Below are positions 24,454 to 32,000 of a stretch of DNA of 32,000 nt, piece after piece. Both the position numbers and the translations under genes were made by a program. The notes under the pieces are model-generated. The model searched no databases, was not told the origin of the DNA, and saw nothing but the letters and a program-made list of their open reading frames with translations. Origin of the DNA: an uncultured Actinomycetes bacterium (GTDB lineage Bacteria; Actinomycetota; Actinomycetes; S36-B12; CAIYMF01); NCBI GenBank assembly GCA_963843975.1, contig CAWJMG010000001.1, forward strand, positions 120,001-152,000, read 5' to 3'. The number at the start of each line of letters is the position of its first letter. The stretch's first letter is position 1.

Positions 24454-25327
24454 AGCGCAGCACGACGACGGTGTCGCCGGTCTTCACCCAGCGGTACAGC
24501 CAACGGGCGTCGACGCGCTTCTGCCGCACGCAGCCGCCCGAGCCGATGGCCTTGCCGAGGTCCTTCACCTCCTGGATCGGGACGCCCTGGTAGGTCTCGG
24601 GGATCGTGTGGAAGCCGATGGCCGCCCCGGTCACGCCGTGCGCGAAGCGGACCATGAGCTGGAAGCGCAGCTTCTGCCCCGGGTTCACGGCCGTGGTCGA
24701 CTTCGAGAACACGTGGTAGGTCCCGGGCTTGGGGCGGCCGGGCCGCCCGGTCACCTTGTAGTCGCGCAGCACGGTGCCGTCGGCGCCGACGATCCATACG
24801 TGCGCGGCAGTCTCGGCGTACACGATCCGCCGACCCGTGCCGCTGTTCTTCGGCAGCGACCGGGTAGGCACCCAGCCCTTCGGCTTCTCCGGCACGGCGG
24901 GGACGTCGAGGGCGCCGAGCCCGGCGCCGAGGGTGCCGGCGACGGCGGCGATCGCGTCCGCCGCGGATGCGGGGTGCGGCGCCGTCGAGGGAGCCGACGT
25001 CACGGAGACCGGGGTGACGGTGGGTCCGGCGGCGAACGGCACGGCCGAGGCGGTCGGGAAGAGCGTGCCGCGGACCGCGCTCGCGAGCGGCTGGGCGAGC
25101 GCCGACGGGCTCGGTCCGACGAGCCCGCACACGAGACCCGCGGCCGCGGCGGACGCGGCGAGGCTCGCGATCCGGGCGCGCGAGAGCGACCCGCGCACGG
25201 GGTCGGACGACGCGGCACCGCGCGAGGGGCGCGGCAGCGGGCGCGGCGCGTCGGCGGTCGTGAGATCGCCCAGGGCGGCGAGGTCCTCGAGGTCGAGGGG
25301 CACGAAGGGCTCCAGGGATGCGGGCAT
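24452..25327 (-). CDS. L,D-transpeptidase (YkuD domain) with an N-terminal cytoplasmic tail and a single TM
   Basis: YkuD motif ..IGFHTIPE....GKAIGSGGCVRQ... TM IASLAASAAAAGLVCGLVG. Start assigned to ATG 25327. The TTG-initiated extension to 25498 has many A/T-ending codons and is rejected. Confidence 0.8.
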   Translation of the reverse strand: MPASLEPFVPLDLEDLAALGDLTTADAPRPLPRPSRGAASSDPVRGSLSRARIASLAASAAAAGLVCGLVGPSPSALAQPLASAVRGTLFPTASAVPFAAGPTVTPVSVTSAPSTAPHPASAADAIAAVAGTLGAGLGALDVPAVPEKPKGWVPTRSLPKNSGTGRRIVYAETAAHVWIVGADGTVLRDYKVTGRPGRPKPGTYHVFSKSTTAVNPGQKLRFQLMVRFAHGVTGAAIGFHTIPETYQGVPIQEVKDLGKAIGSGGCVRQKRVDARWLYRWVKTGDTVVVLR

Positions 25328-25523
25328 GCGGCACCAGGCGCCTGTCCAGGCGTCCGGGCCGAGCGCTTCCCCGCAGCAGGCGAGCTGCTGCCGATCGACG
25401 GCCCGAGTGTCCCGCGCCCGTCGCGGACTGACCGGTGCGACACGCCGCGTCGGAACCGGATGGGAATCGATCGTGACCGGAGGTTGTTGAGCCTTCAACT
25501 AGATCCCGCACCTGGAGGACACC

Positions 25524-26189
25524 GTGAGCACCGCAGCACCCACCCGACCCGGCACCGCACGAACGCGGTCGGACGTGCGCGGCGTGCACCCGCTCGTCGC
25601 CGACCGGTGGAGCCCGCGCGCCTTCGACGCCGCTCCGCTGCCGGACGCCGAGGTCGTCTCCCTGCTCGAGGCCGCCCGCTGGGCGCCGAGCGCGATGAAC
25701 GCCCAGCCGTGGCGCTTCCTGGTCGGCCGCACCACCGAGGACGGCCCGGACGCGACCCACACCGGGCTGCTCGGCACCCTCGCCCCGCCGAACCGGGCCT
25801 GGGCGCACCGCGCACCGGTGCTCGTCGCCGCGCTGACCCGCGTCTTCGAGGACGACGGCAGCGCCCGCGCCGTCGGGCCGTACGAGCTCGGCCTCGCCGT
25901 CGCCCAGCTGACGGTGCAGGCAGAGTCGCTCGGACTGCACGTCCACCAGATCGGCGGCTTCGACGCCGACGCCGTGGTCGATGCGTTCGAGGTGCCCGTG
26001 GGCTACCGGCCCTTCGCCGTCCTCGCCGTCGGCCGCCTCGGCGACGCCGCCGACCTCCCCGACTGGGCCCGCGCCCGCGAGGGTGCGGCGCGCAGCCGCC
26101 TCGACCTCGACGACCTCGCGTTCTCCGGCCGCTTCGGCCAGGCCTTCGACGGGCTCGGCACTGAGAACGCCGGCAGCGCTGCGGCCTGA
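25524..26189 (+). CDS. Nitroreductase family protein
   Basis: ..RWSPRAFDAAPLPDAEVVSLLEAARWAPSAMNAQPWRFLV.. signature. GTG start 5 nt after GGAGG. Confidence 0.85.
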   Translation: MSTAAPTRPGTARTRSDVRGVHPLVADRWSPRAFDAAPLPDAEVVSLLEAARWAPSAMNAQPWRFLVGRTTEDGPDATHTGLLGTLAPPNRAWAHRAPVLVAALTRVFEDDGSARAVGPYELGLAVAQLTVQAESLGLHVHQIGGFDADAVVDAFEVPVGYRPFAVLAVGRLGDAADLPDWARAREGAARSRLDLDDLAFSGRFGQAFDGLGTENAGSAAA

Positions 26190-26220
26190 TCTCGACGCCT
26201 CACCCGCACCGACGCGCGAG

Positions 26221-26249
26221 GGGCCGGCACCCGTGACGGGTGCCGGCCC
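26221..26249. terminator. Bidirectional terminator hairpin between convergent genes (GGGCCGGCACCC-gtgac-GGGTGCCGGCCC)
   Basis: Perfect 12-bp GC-rich stem, centred in the 82-nt gap between the nitroreductase and the aldehyde dehydrogenase. Confidence 0.65.
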
Positions 26250-26271
26250 TTCGCCGTGCTCGGTGCGCGTG

Positions 26272-27726
26272 TCAGCCGTTCAGGATGATGAGGCGTTCCT
26301 CGGTCATCTCACGGACGGACCACGCAGGCCCTTCCTTGGTGTTGCCGGAGTCGCGCAGGCCGCCGTAGGGCTGCTGGTCGGCGCGGAAGGTGGGCACCTC
26401 GTTGATGACGACGCCGCCGAAGTCGAGCGTGCGCGCCGCCTTGAGGCCCTTGGTGATGTCCGAGGTGAACACCCCGGCCTGCAGGCCGTAGCGGGTGTCG
26501 TTGGCCTGGGCCAGCGCGTCGTCGAAGTCGCTGTAGCGGATGACCGCGACGACCGGTCCGAAGACCTCCTGCGAGCAGACCTTCATGTCCGACGTCGCGC
26601 CGTCGACCAGCGTCGGGACGAGGACGCCGTCGGCACCGATCTCGCCACCGGCCGCGATGCGGGCGCCCTGCTCGGCCGCCTCCTTCACCCAGCCGGCGAC
26701 GCGGTCGCGCTCGCCGGTGTTGATCAGCGCCGAGACGTCGGTGGCCTCGTCCAGCGGGTCGCCGACCACGATCGAGGAAACCGCCGCCGCGAGCTCGGAC
26801 ACGACCTCGTCCGCGATCGACTCGTGGACGAACAGGCGCTGGGTGGAGATGCACGACTGACCGGCGTGGCTGAAGCCCGCGACCTTCACCTTGGCCACGG
26901 CGGTGCGCCAGTCGCCGTCGGCCTCGAGAATCAGCGGCGCGTTGTTGCCCAGCTCGAGGCCGACCCGCTTGCGCGGCGCCCGGGCGCGGATCCCCCAGCC
27001 GACCTCGGGCGAGCCGGTGAACGTGATCAGCGCGATGTCGTCGTGGTCGACGATCGGGTTGCCGACCTTCGATCCGCCACCGGTCACCACGTGCAGGTAG
27101 CCGACGGGGAGACCGGCCTCGAACAGCACCCGCGCCAGCAGGATCGAGGAGAACGGCGTCTGACTGGCGGGCTTGAGGACCACCGGGCAGCCGGCCGCGA
27201 TCGCCGGGCCGAGCTTGTGGGCGACCAGGTTGAGCGGGAAGTTGAACGGCGCGATCGCACCGACCACGCCGACCGGCACCCGGAGGATGAACGCGAGCTT
27301 GCCCATGCCGGCGGCCGACGCCTCCATCGGCACGACCTCCCCCGCGAGGGTGCGCGCCACGGCGGCGGAGAACTGCAACGTCGACACCGCGCGCTGCGCC
27401 TCGGCCCGTGCCGTGCGGATCGGCTTGGCCGCCTCGAGCGCGATGCAGCGCGCGAACTCCTCCTCGCGCTCGGCCAGCAGCAGGGCGGCCTTGTCCAGGA
27501 TCTCGGCCCGCTTCCACTGCGGCAACGGATCCTCGTGCAAGGCCTTCTTCGCCGCGGCGACCGCACGGTCGACCTCGTCGGCGCCCAGGGCCGGGACGGA
27601 ACCGAGCAGCGTGCCGTCGTACGGCGCGCGGACCTCGATGGCCTCGCTGCCGGCGACGAGCTCGCCGTCGATCGGGACAGGGGTGACGGTGCCGGCGTCG
27701 ATGCCGGGGATGCCGGGGGTGCTCAT
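26272..27726 (-). CDS. Aldehyde dehydrogenase family protein (484 aa; substrate not assignable)
   Basis: ALDH motifs APFNFP, GLELGNNAPLIL (Glu) and HAGQSCISTQR (catalytic Cys). Start assigned to ATG 27726 (MSTPGIPGID...); the 38-codon upstream extension in the track is rejected. Confidence 0.88.
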   Translation of the reverse strand: MSTPGIPGIDAGTVTPVPIDGELVAGSEAIEVRAPYDGTLLGSVPALGADEVDRAVAAAKKALHEDPLPQWKRAEILDKAALLLAEREEEFARCIALEAAKPIRTARAEAQRAVSTLQFSAAVARTLAGEVVPMEASAAGMGKLAFILRVPVGVVGAIAPFNFPLNLVAHKLGPAIAAGCPVVLKPASQTPFSSILLARVLFEAGLPVGYLHVVTGGGSKVGNPIVDHDDIALITFTGSPEVGWGIRARAPRKRVGLELGNNAPLILEADGDWRTAVAKVKVAGFSHAGQSCISTQRLFVHESIADEVVSELAAAVSSIVVGDPLDEATDVSALINTGERDRVAGWVKEAAEQGARIAAGGEIGADGVLVPTLVDGATSDMKVCSQEVFGPVVAVIRYSDFDDALAQANDTRYGLQAGVFTSDITKGLKAARTLDFGGVVINEVPTFRADQQPYGGLRDSGNTKEGPAWSVREMTEERLIILNG

Positions 27727-27824
27727 GGCCGCGAACCTAGCGCCCGGGTCGCGCCCGCGGCAGGTGCCCTCGTGGATGACTCCGTCACACCCGTTCGCCC
27801 GACCGGCCAGTTCCGGGCTCTTGC

Positions 27825-27839
27825 TGCGAAGTGTTCGCA
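27825..27839. promoter_or_regulatory. Perfect inverted repeat TGCGAA-gtg-TTCGCA ~100 nt upstream of the second aldehyde dehydrogenase; candidate operator
   Basis: Read directly. It is nested inside a wider GGCCAG...CTGGCC symmetry. Confidence 0.25.
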
Positions 27840-28134
27840 CCTGGCCGCCCGGCCCAGAACGAGTCCGGACTCCGAGACGATCCGGTCCGCGGGTTGATCG
27901 AGGCTGAGGCGACCCTCACTGTAGGAGCCATGTCCGCGCACAACGCCCTCGTGGTTCGACGTCACGTCGACCACATGCGTGTTGCCAGCGCGATGTGTCT
28001 GCCCGTCGGCTGACGCCGTCCCCGCCTGCCCTGGCACTGGACGAGCGATGCCGTCCGGGCCCGGTGCTCGTCAGGTGACGTGATCCTGCCGTGCTGCCCG
28101 CGATGACGTCCTCGTCCCCATCGAGGAGAGTCCC

Positions 28135-29820
28135 GTGGCCCCCGAGCCCACCATCCCGGCACGCACACCCAAGCCCCGCCCCGAGGGCGGCCACGGTCAG
28201 TGGGCCTTGGGTGAGACCGAGCCCCTGAACGCCAACGAGACGTTCAAGCGCGAGGACGACGGCCTCAACGTGCGCGCGCGCATCGAGAACGAGTACGCCG
28301 CCGCCGGCTTCGGCGCGATCGACCCGAAGGACCTCCGGGGCCGCATGCGCTGGTGGGGCCTGTACACCCAGCGCAAGCCAGGGATCGACGGCGGGAGGAC
28401 CGGCTCGCTCGAGCCGCACGAGCTCGACGACGAGTACTTCATGCTCCGCATCCGCAGCGACGGCGGCATCCTCGCCCCCGAGCAGCTGCGTGCCATCGCC
28501 GACGTGTCGCAGGAGTTCGGCCGCGACACCGCCGACATCACCGACCGCCAGAACGTCCAGCTGCACTGGATCCGGATCGAGGACGTGCCGGTGATCTGGC
28601 AGCGTCTCGAGGGCGTCGGCCTCACGACCAACGAGGCGTGCGGCGACACCCCGCGCGTCGTCCTCGGCTCGCCCGTCGCCGGCGTCGCCGCGGACGAGAT
28701 CATCGACGGCACCCCCGCGGTCGAGGAGATCGTGCGCCGCTACGTCGGCGACCCGCGCTTCTCCAACCTGCCGCGCAAGTTCAAGTCGGCCGTCTCGGGC
28801 TCGCCGCGCCAGGACGTCGCGCACGAGATCAACGACGTCTCGTTCATCGGCGTCGTGCACCCCGAGCACGGCGCCGGCTTCGACGTGTACGTCGGCGGCG
28901 GCCTCTCGACCAACCCGATGCTCGCCCAGCGCCTCGGCGTGTGGGTGCCGCTCGAGGACGTGCCGGACGTGTGGGAGGCCGTCATCTCGGTCTTCCGCGA
29001 CTACGGCTACCGGCGCCTGCGCACCCGCGCGCGACTGAAGTTCCTCGTCTCGGACTGGGGCGCCGCCAAGCTGCGCGAGGTCATCGAGACGCACTACCTG
29101 AAGCGTCCGCTGCTCGACGGGCCTGCGGCCGCGCCGTACCGGGGTCGGCGCGACCACGTCGGGGTCTATCCGCAGCAGGACGGTCTGTCGTACGTCGGCG
29201 CCGCCCCGACGGTCGGCAGGGTCAGCGGCACGGTGCTGCACCGCATCGCCGACCTCGCCGAGGCCCACGGCTCCGGCCGGATCCGCCTGACGGCGCAGCA
29301 GAAGTTCGTGGTGCTCGACGTTCCTGAGGCCGAGGTCGAGCCGCTCGTCGCCGGTCTGCACGAGCTCGGGCTCGAGGTGCGCCCGAGCGAGTTCCGTCGC
29401 GGCACGATGGCCTGCACCGGCATCGAGTTCTGCAAGCTCGCGATCGTCGAGACCAAGGGCAACGCTGCGTCGCTCGTGGCCGAGCTCGAGGACCGGCTGC
29501 CGACCTTCGACACCCCGCTGTCGATCCACGTCAACGGCTGCCCCAACTCGTGCGCCCGCATCCAGGTGGCCGACATCGGCCTCAAGGGGATGCTCGTCAC
29601 CGACGACAAGGGCGACCAGGTCGAGGGCTTCCAGGTGCACCTCGGCGGCGAGCTCGGACCCGACGCCGGTCTCGGCCGAAAGCCCCGCGGCCTCAAGGTG
29701 AGCGCCGCCGAGCTGCCCGACTACGTCGATCGCGTGCTCGGCCGCTTCGACGAGCAGAAGAGCGCCGACGAGAGCTTCGCCTCGTGGGCCCGCCGCGCCG
29801 ACGAGGAGGCCCTCGCATGA
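28135..29820 (+). CDS. sirA: Ferredoxin-dependent sulfite reductase (NirA/SirA type, siroheme-[4Fe-4S])
   Basis: 561 aa with two nitrite/sulfite-reductase repeats. Cluster/siroheme Cys motifs TMACTGIEFCKLA and NGCPNSCAR. First gene of the sir-cysH-cysDN operon. GTG start after GGAGAG. Confidence 0.9.
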   Translation: MAPEPTIPARTPKPRPEGGHGQWALGETEPLNANETFKREDDGLNVRARIENEYAAAGFGAIDPKDLRGRMRWWGLYTQRKPGIDGGRTGSLEPHELDDEYFMLRIRSDGGILAPEQLRAIADVSQEFGRDTADITDRQNVQLHWIRIEDVPVIWQRLEGVGLTTNEACGDTPRVVLGSPVAGVAADEIIDGTPAVEEIVRRYVGDPRFSNLPRKFKSAVSGSPRQDVAHEINDVSFIGVVHPEHGAGFDVYVGGGLSTNPMLAQRLGVWVPLEDVPDVWEAVISVFRDYGYRRLRTRARLKFLVSDWGAAKLREVIETHYLKRPLLDGPAAAPYRGRRDHVGVYPQQDGLSYVGAAPTVGRVSGTVLHRIADLAEAHGSGRIRLTAQQKFVVLDVPEAEVEPLVAGLHELGLEVRPSEFRRGTMACTGIEFCKLAIVETKGNAASLVAELEDRLPTFDTPLSIHVNGCPNSCARIQVADIGLKGMLVTDDKGDQVEGFQVHLGGELGPDAGLGRKPRGLKVSAAELPDYVDRVLGRFDEQKSADESFASWARRADEEALA

Positions 29821-30530
29821 CCGCCCCCACCGAGACGCTGCGCTCGCAGGTCGAGGATGGCGCAGCACTCGTGGCCGCCGTCGGACCCGACGTCGTCGAG
29901 CAGGCGCAGGTCGCGCTGCGCTGGGCGCGGCAGACCTTCGGCGACACCCTCGTGGTCGCGAGCTCGATGGGTGACGAGGTGCTCGTGCACCTCGCGTCGG
30001 TCGACGCCCCCGGCGTCGACCTGCTCTTCCTCGACACCGGCTACCACTTCCCCGAGACGATCGGCACGCGCGACGCCGTCGCCGCCGTCTACGACGTCAG
30101 CGTGCGCACGGTGCTTCCGCTGCTCACGATCGAGGAGCAGACCGCCGAGCACGGCGCCGACCTGTGGTCGCGCGACCCCGACGCGTGCTGCGCGATCCGC
30201 AAGGTCGAGCCGCTCGAGCGCGGCCTTGCGCCGTACGACGCGTGGGTGACCGGCATGCGCCGCGAGGATGCCCCCACGCGCAAGGACATCGAGGTCGTCG
30301 GCTGGGATGCCCGCCGCGACAAGGTGAAGCTCAACCCGCTCGCAGCCTGGACCCAGGACGACGTCGACGCGTACGCCGAGAAGCACGGCGTGCTCATGAA
30401 CCCGCTGCGCCAGATCGGCTACGCGTCCATCGGCTGCGCGCCCTGCACGCGGCCGGTGGCCGAGGGAGAGGACCCGCGTGCCGGCCGCTGGAGCGGCACC
30501 GGCAAGACCGAGTGCGGGCTGCACACGTGA
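29817..30530 (+). CDS. cysH: Adenosine 5'-phosphosulfate (APS/PAPS) reductase, Fe-S cluster type
   Basis: PAPS_reduct fold (..VVASSMGDEVLVHL..FLDTGYHFPET..). The CC pair (PDACCAIRKVEPL) plus CAPC indicate the [4Fe-4S] APS-reductase subclass. C-terminal KTECGLH. ATGA overlap with sirA. Confidence 0.9.
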   Translation: MTAPTETLRSQVEDGAALVAAVGPDVVEQAQVALRWARQTFGDTLVVASSMGDEVLVHLASVDAPGVDLLFLDTGYHFPETIGTRDAVAAVYDVSVRTVLPLLTIEEQTAEHGADLWSRDPDACCAIRKVEPLERGLAPYDAWVTGMRREDAPTRKDIEVVGWDARRDKVKLNPLAAWTQDDVDAYAEKHGVLMNPLRQIGYASIGCAPCTRPVAEGEDPRAGRWSGTGKTECGLHT

Positions 30531-31447
30531 GCGCGACGTACGCGCCGGCAGTGCGTCGGCTGAGCCAGCTCGACACCCTCGAGGCCGAGGCGGTGCACAT
30601 CATCCGCGAGGTCGCGGGCGAGCTCGAGCGCCCGGTGCTGCTGTTCAGCGGCGGCAAGGACTCCGTCGTCATGCTGCACCTCGCGGCGAAGGCGTTCGCG
30701 CCCGCGGTGGTGCCGTTCCCGGTGCTGCACGTCGACACCGGCCACAACTTCCCCGAGGTCATCGCCTACCGCGACGAGGCCGTGGAGCGGTACGGCGTGC
30801 GCCTCGTCGTCGCGTCGGTTCAGGACTACATCGACAGCGGCAGGCTGCGGGAGCGCCCTGACGGCACGCGCAACCCGCTGCAGACCGTGCCGCTGCTCGA
30901 CGCGATCGAGGCCGGCAGGTTCGACTCGGTCTTCGGCGGCGGCCGCCGCGACGAGGAGAAGGCGCGCGCCAAGGAGCGCGTGTTCTCCCTGCGCGACGAG
31001 TTCGGCCAGTGGGACCCGCGCCGCCAGCGCCCCGAGCTCTGGGACCTCTACAACGGCCGCCACCGAGCGGGCGAGCACGTGCGCGTGTTCCCGCTGTCGA
31101 ACTGGACCGAGGTCGACATCTGGGAGTACGTGCTGCGCGAGCGGATCGAGCTGCCGTCGATCTACTACGCGCACGAGCGCGACGTGTTCCTGCGCGACGG
31201 CATGTGGCTCACGGCTGGCGAGTGGGGCGGCCCCAAGGGCGACGAGGTCGTGCAGCGCCGCACGATCCGCTACCGCACGGTCGGCGACATGTCGTGCACC
31301 GGCGCCGTCGACTCGACCGCCGCGACCGTGCAGGACGTCATCGCCGAGGTCGCCGTCAGCACCATCACCGAGCGCGGCGCCACCCGCGCCGACGACCGCC
31401 TCACCGAGGCCGCCATGGAAGACCGCAAGCGCGAGGGGTACTTCTAG
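30527..31447 (+). CDS. cysD: Sulfate adenylyltransferase subunit 2
   Basis: ..[46 protein letters not shown]..; ends ..[14 protein letters not shown] overlap with the cysH stop. Confidence 0.92.
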   Translation: MSATYAPAVRRLSQLDTLEAEAVHIIREVAGELERPVLLFSGGKDSVVMLHLAAKAFAPAVVPFPVLHVDTGHNFPEVIAYRDEAVERYGVRLVVASVQDYIDSGRLRERPDGTRNPLQTVPLLDAIEAGRFDSVFGGGRRDEEKARAKERVFSLRDEFGQWDPRRQRPELWDLYNGRHRAGEHVRVFPLSNWTEVDIWEYVLRERIELPSIYYAHERDVFLRDGMWLTAGEWGGPKGDEVVQRRTIRYRTVGDMSCTGAVDSTAATVQDVIAEVAVSTITERGATRADDRLTEAAMEDRKREGYF

Positions 31448-31449
31448 CC

Positions 31450-32000
31450 ATGACCGCACTCCACGAGAACGCGGCCGAGCTGCTCGCCCACGGCAGCGGC
31501 GGGTCGCCGCACGAGCTCCTGCGCTTCGCCACAGCCGGCTCCGTCGACGACGGCAAGTCGACGCTGGTCGGTCGCCTGCTGCACGACACGAAGTCGGTGC
31601 TCGCCGACACGCTCGCCGCCGTCGAGCGCGCGTCCGAGGCCAAGGGCTTCGACGGCGCCGACCTCGCACTGCTCACCGACGGCCTGCGCGCCGAGCGGGA
31701 GCAGGGCATCACGATCGACGTCGCGTACCGCTACTTCACGACGGCCACGCGCTCGTTCATCCTCGCCGACACCCCGGGGCACGTGCAGTACACCCGGAAC
31801 ATGGTCACGGGTGCCTCGACCGCCGAGCTCGCGCTCGTGCTGGTCGACGCGCGGCACGGCGTCGTCGAGCAGACCCGGCGTCACGCCGCGGTGGCCGCGC
31901 TGCTCGGGATCCGTCACGTGGCGCTCGCTGTGAACAAGATGGACCTCGTCGGCTTCGACGAGTCGGTCTTCACCTCGATCCGGGAAGAGTTCGTCTCGCT
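31450..32000 (+). CDS. cysN: Sulfate adenylyltransferase subunit 1 (GTPase; possibly a CysN-CysC fusion), 5' part only, continues past the window
   Basis: My translation from ATG 31450: [37 protein letters not shown] (G1)..DTPGH (G3)..NKMD (G4). It is absent from the ORF track because no stop lies within the window. Confidence 0.88.
   Translation, partial: MTALHENAAELLAHGSGGSPHELLRFATAGSVDDGKSTLVGRLLHDTKSVLADTLAAVERASEAKGFDGADLALLTDGLRAEREQGITIDVAYRYFTTATRSFILADTPGHVQYTRNMVTGASTAELALVLVDARHGVVEQTRRHAAVAALLGIRHVALAVNKMDLVGFDESVFTSIREEFVS

Noticed and set aside
25328-25498. TTG-initiated N-terminal extension of the second L,D-transpeptidase
   Set aside because: About 15 of 57 codons end in A/T (GCT, CAA, CCT, GAT, CAT, GTT, CGT, GCA, AGT...). 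That is far below the GC3 of real genes here, so the region is probably 5' UTR or promoter shared with the divergent nitroreductase.
23268-25946. 892-aa minus-strand ORF as a single giant protein
   Set aside because: Only the last 332 codons (from GTG 24266, with a good SD) form a coherent L,D-transpeptidase. The upstream part is Arg/Pro-rich nonsense overlapping the second ldt gene and the nitroreductase gene.
27831-28013. 60-aa ORF / 27-codon mini-ORF (MSAHNALVVRRHVDHMRVASAMCLPVG) as a Cys/Met-sensing leader peptide upstream of sirA
   Set aside because: The AGGAG is only 2 nt from the ATG, codon usage is not gene-like, and there is only one Cys and no downstream terminator/antiterminator pair. 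The evidence is insufficient.
27900-28134. SAM-type riboswitch (e.g. SAM-IV) in front of the sulfur operon
   Set aside because: I looked for the conserved SAM-IV/SAM-I core strings and found none. Only generic hairpins are present.
27916-29868. 650-aa minus-strand ORF opposite sirA, and 15342..17360 opposite the aldehyde dehydrogenase
   Set aside because: Antisense shadow ORFs of strongly supported plus-strand genes.

Overview
Very GC-rich actinobacterial chromosomal segment; third codon positions are almost saturated with G/C, which produces many long spurious shadow ORFs in the six-frame track. The minus-strand backbone is the classic actinobacterial housekeeping block argS-lysA-hom-thrC-thrB-rho ... 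rpmE. It is followed by tRNA-Arg(CCG), trmB, and a secreted peptidoglycan-binding/transglycosylase-like protein preceded by a ydaO-class (c-di-AMP) riboswitch. Next come a GAF-HTH regulator + aldehyde dehydrogenase + DUF779 module and a mixed block: dienelactone hydrolase, two unknowns, a DUF2510/DUF4333 membrane protein and a DAG-kinase-like lipid kinase. The window ends with a membrane GGDEF-EAL protein, two L,D-transpeptidases, a nitroreductase, a second aldehyde dehydrogenase, and the sulfate-assimilation operon sirA-cysH-cysD-cysN, which runs off the right edge. I saw no transposase, integrase, CRISPR array or rRNA. The most unusual content is a three-gene cassette between rho and rpmE: a TasA/camelysin-like protein, a SipW-type signal peptidase and a secreted LamG lectin-fold protein. 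Both non-peptidase proteins share the same post-signal-peptide motif. The peptidase ORF has no stop codon before the LamG gene, which implies either a complete out-of-frame overlap or a +1 fusion. This looks like an uncharacterised actinobacterial TasA-like surface-fibre/adhesin system. Other points worth a second look are a tandem perfect palindrome between the GAF regulator and its aldehyde dehydrogenase, a repeat-rich non-coding stretch 3' of the tRNA, and the repeat-built disordered insert and C-rich leader of rho.
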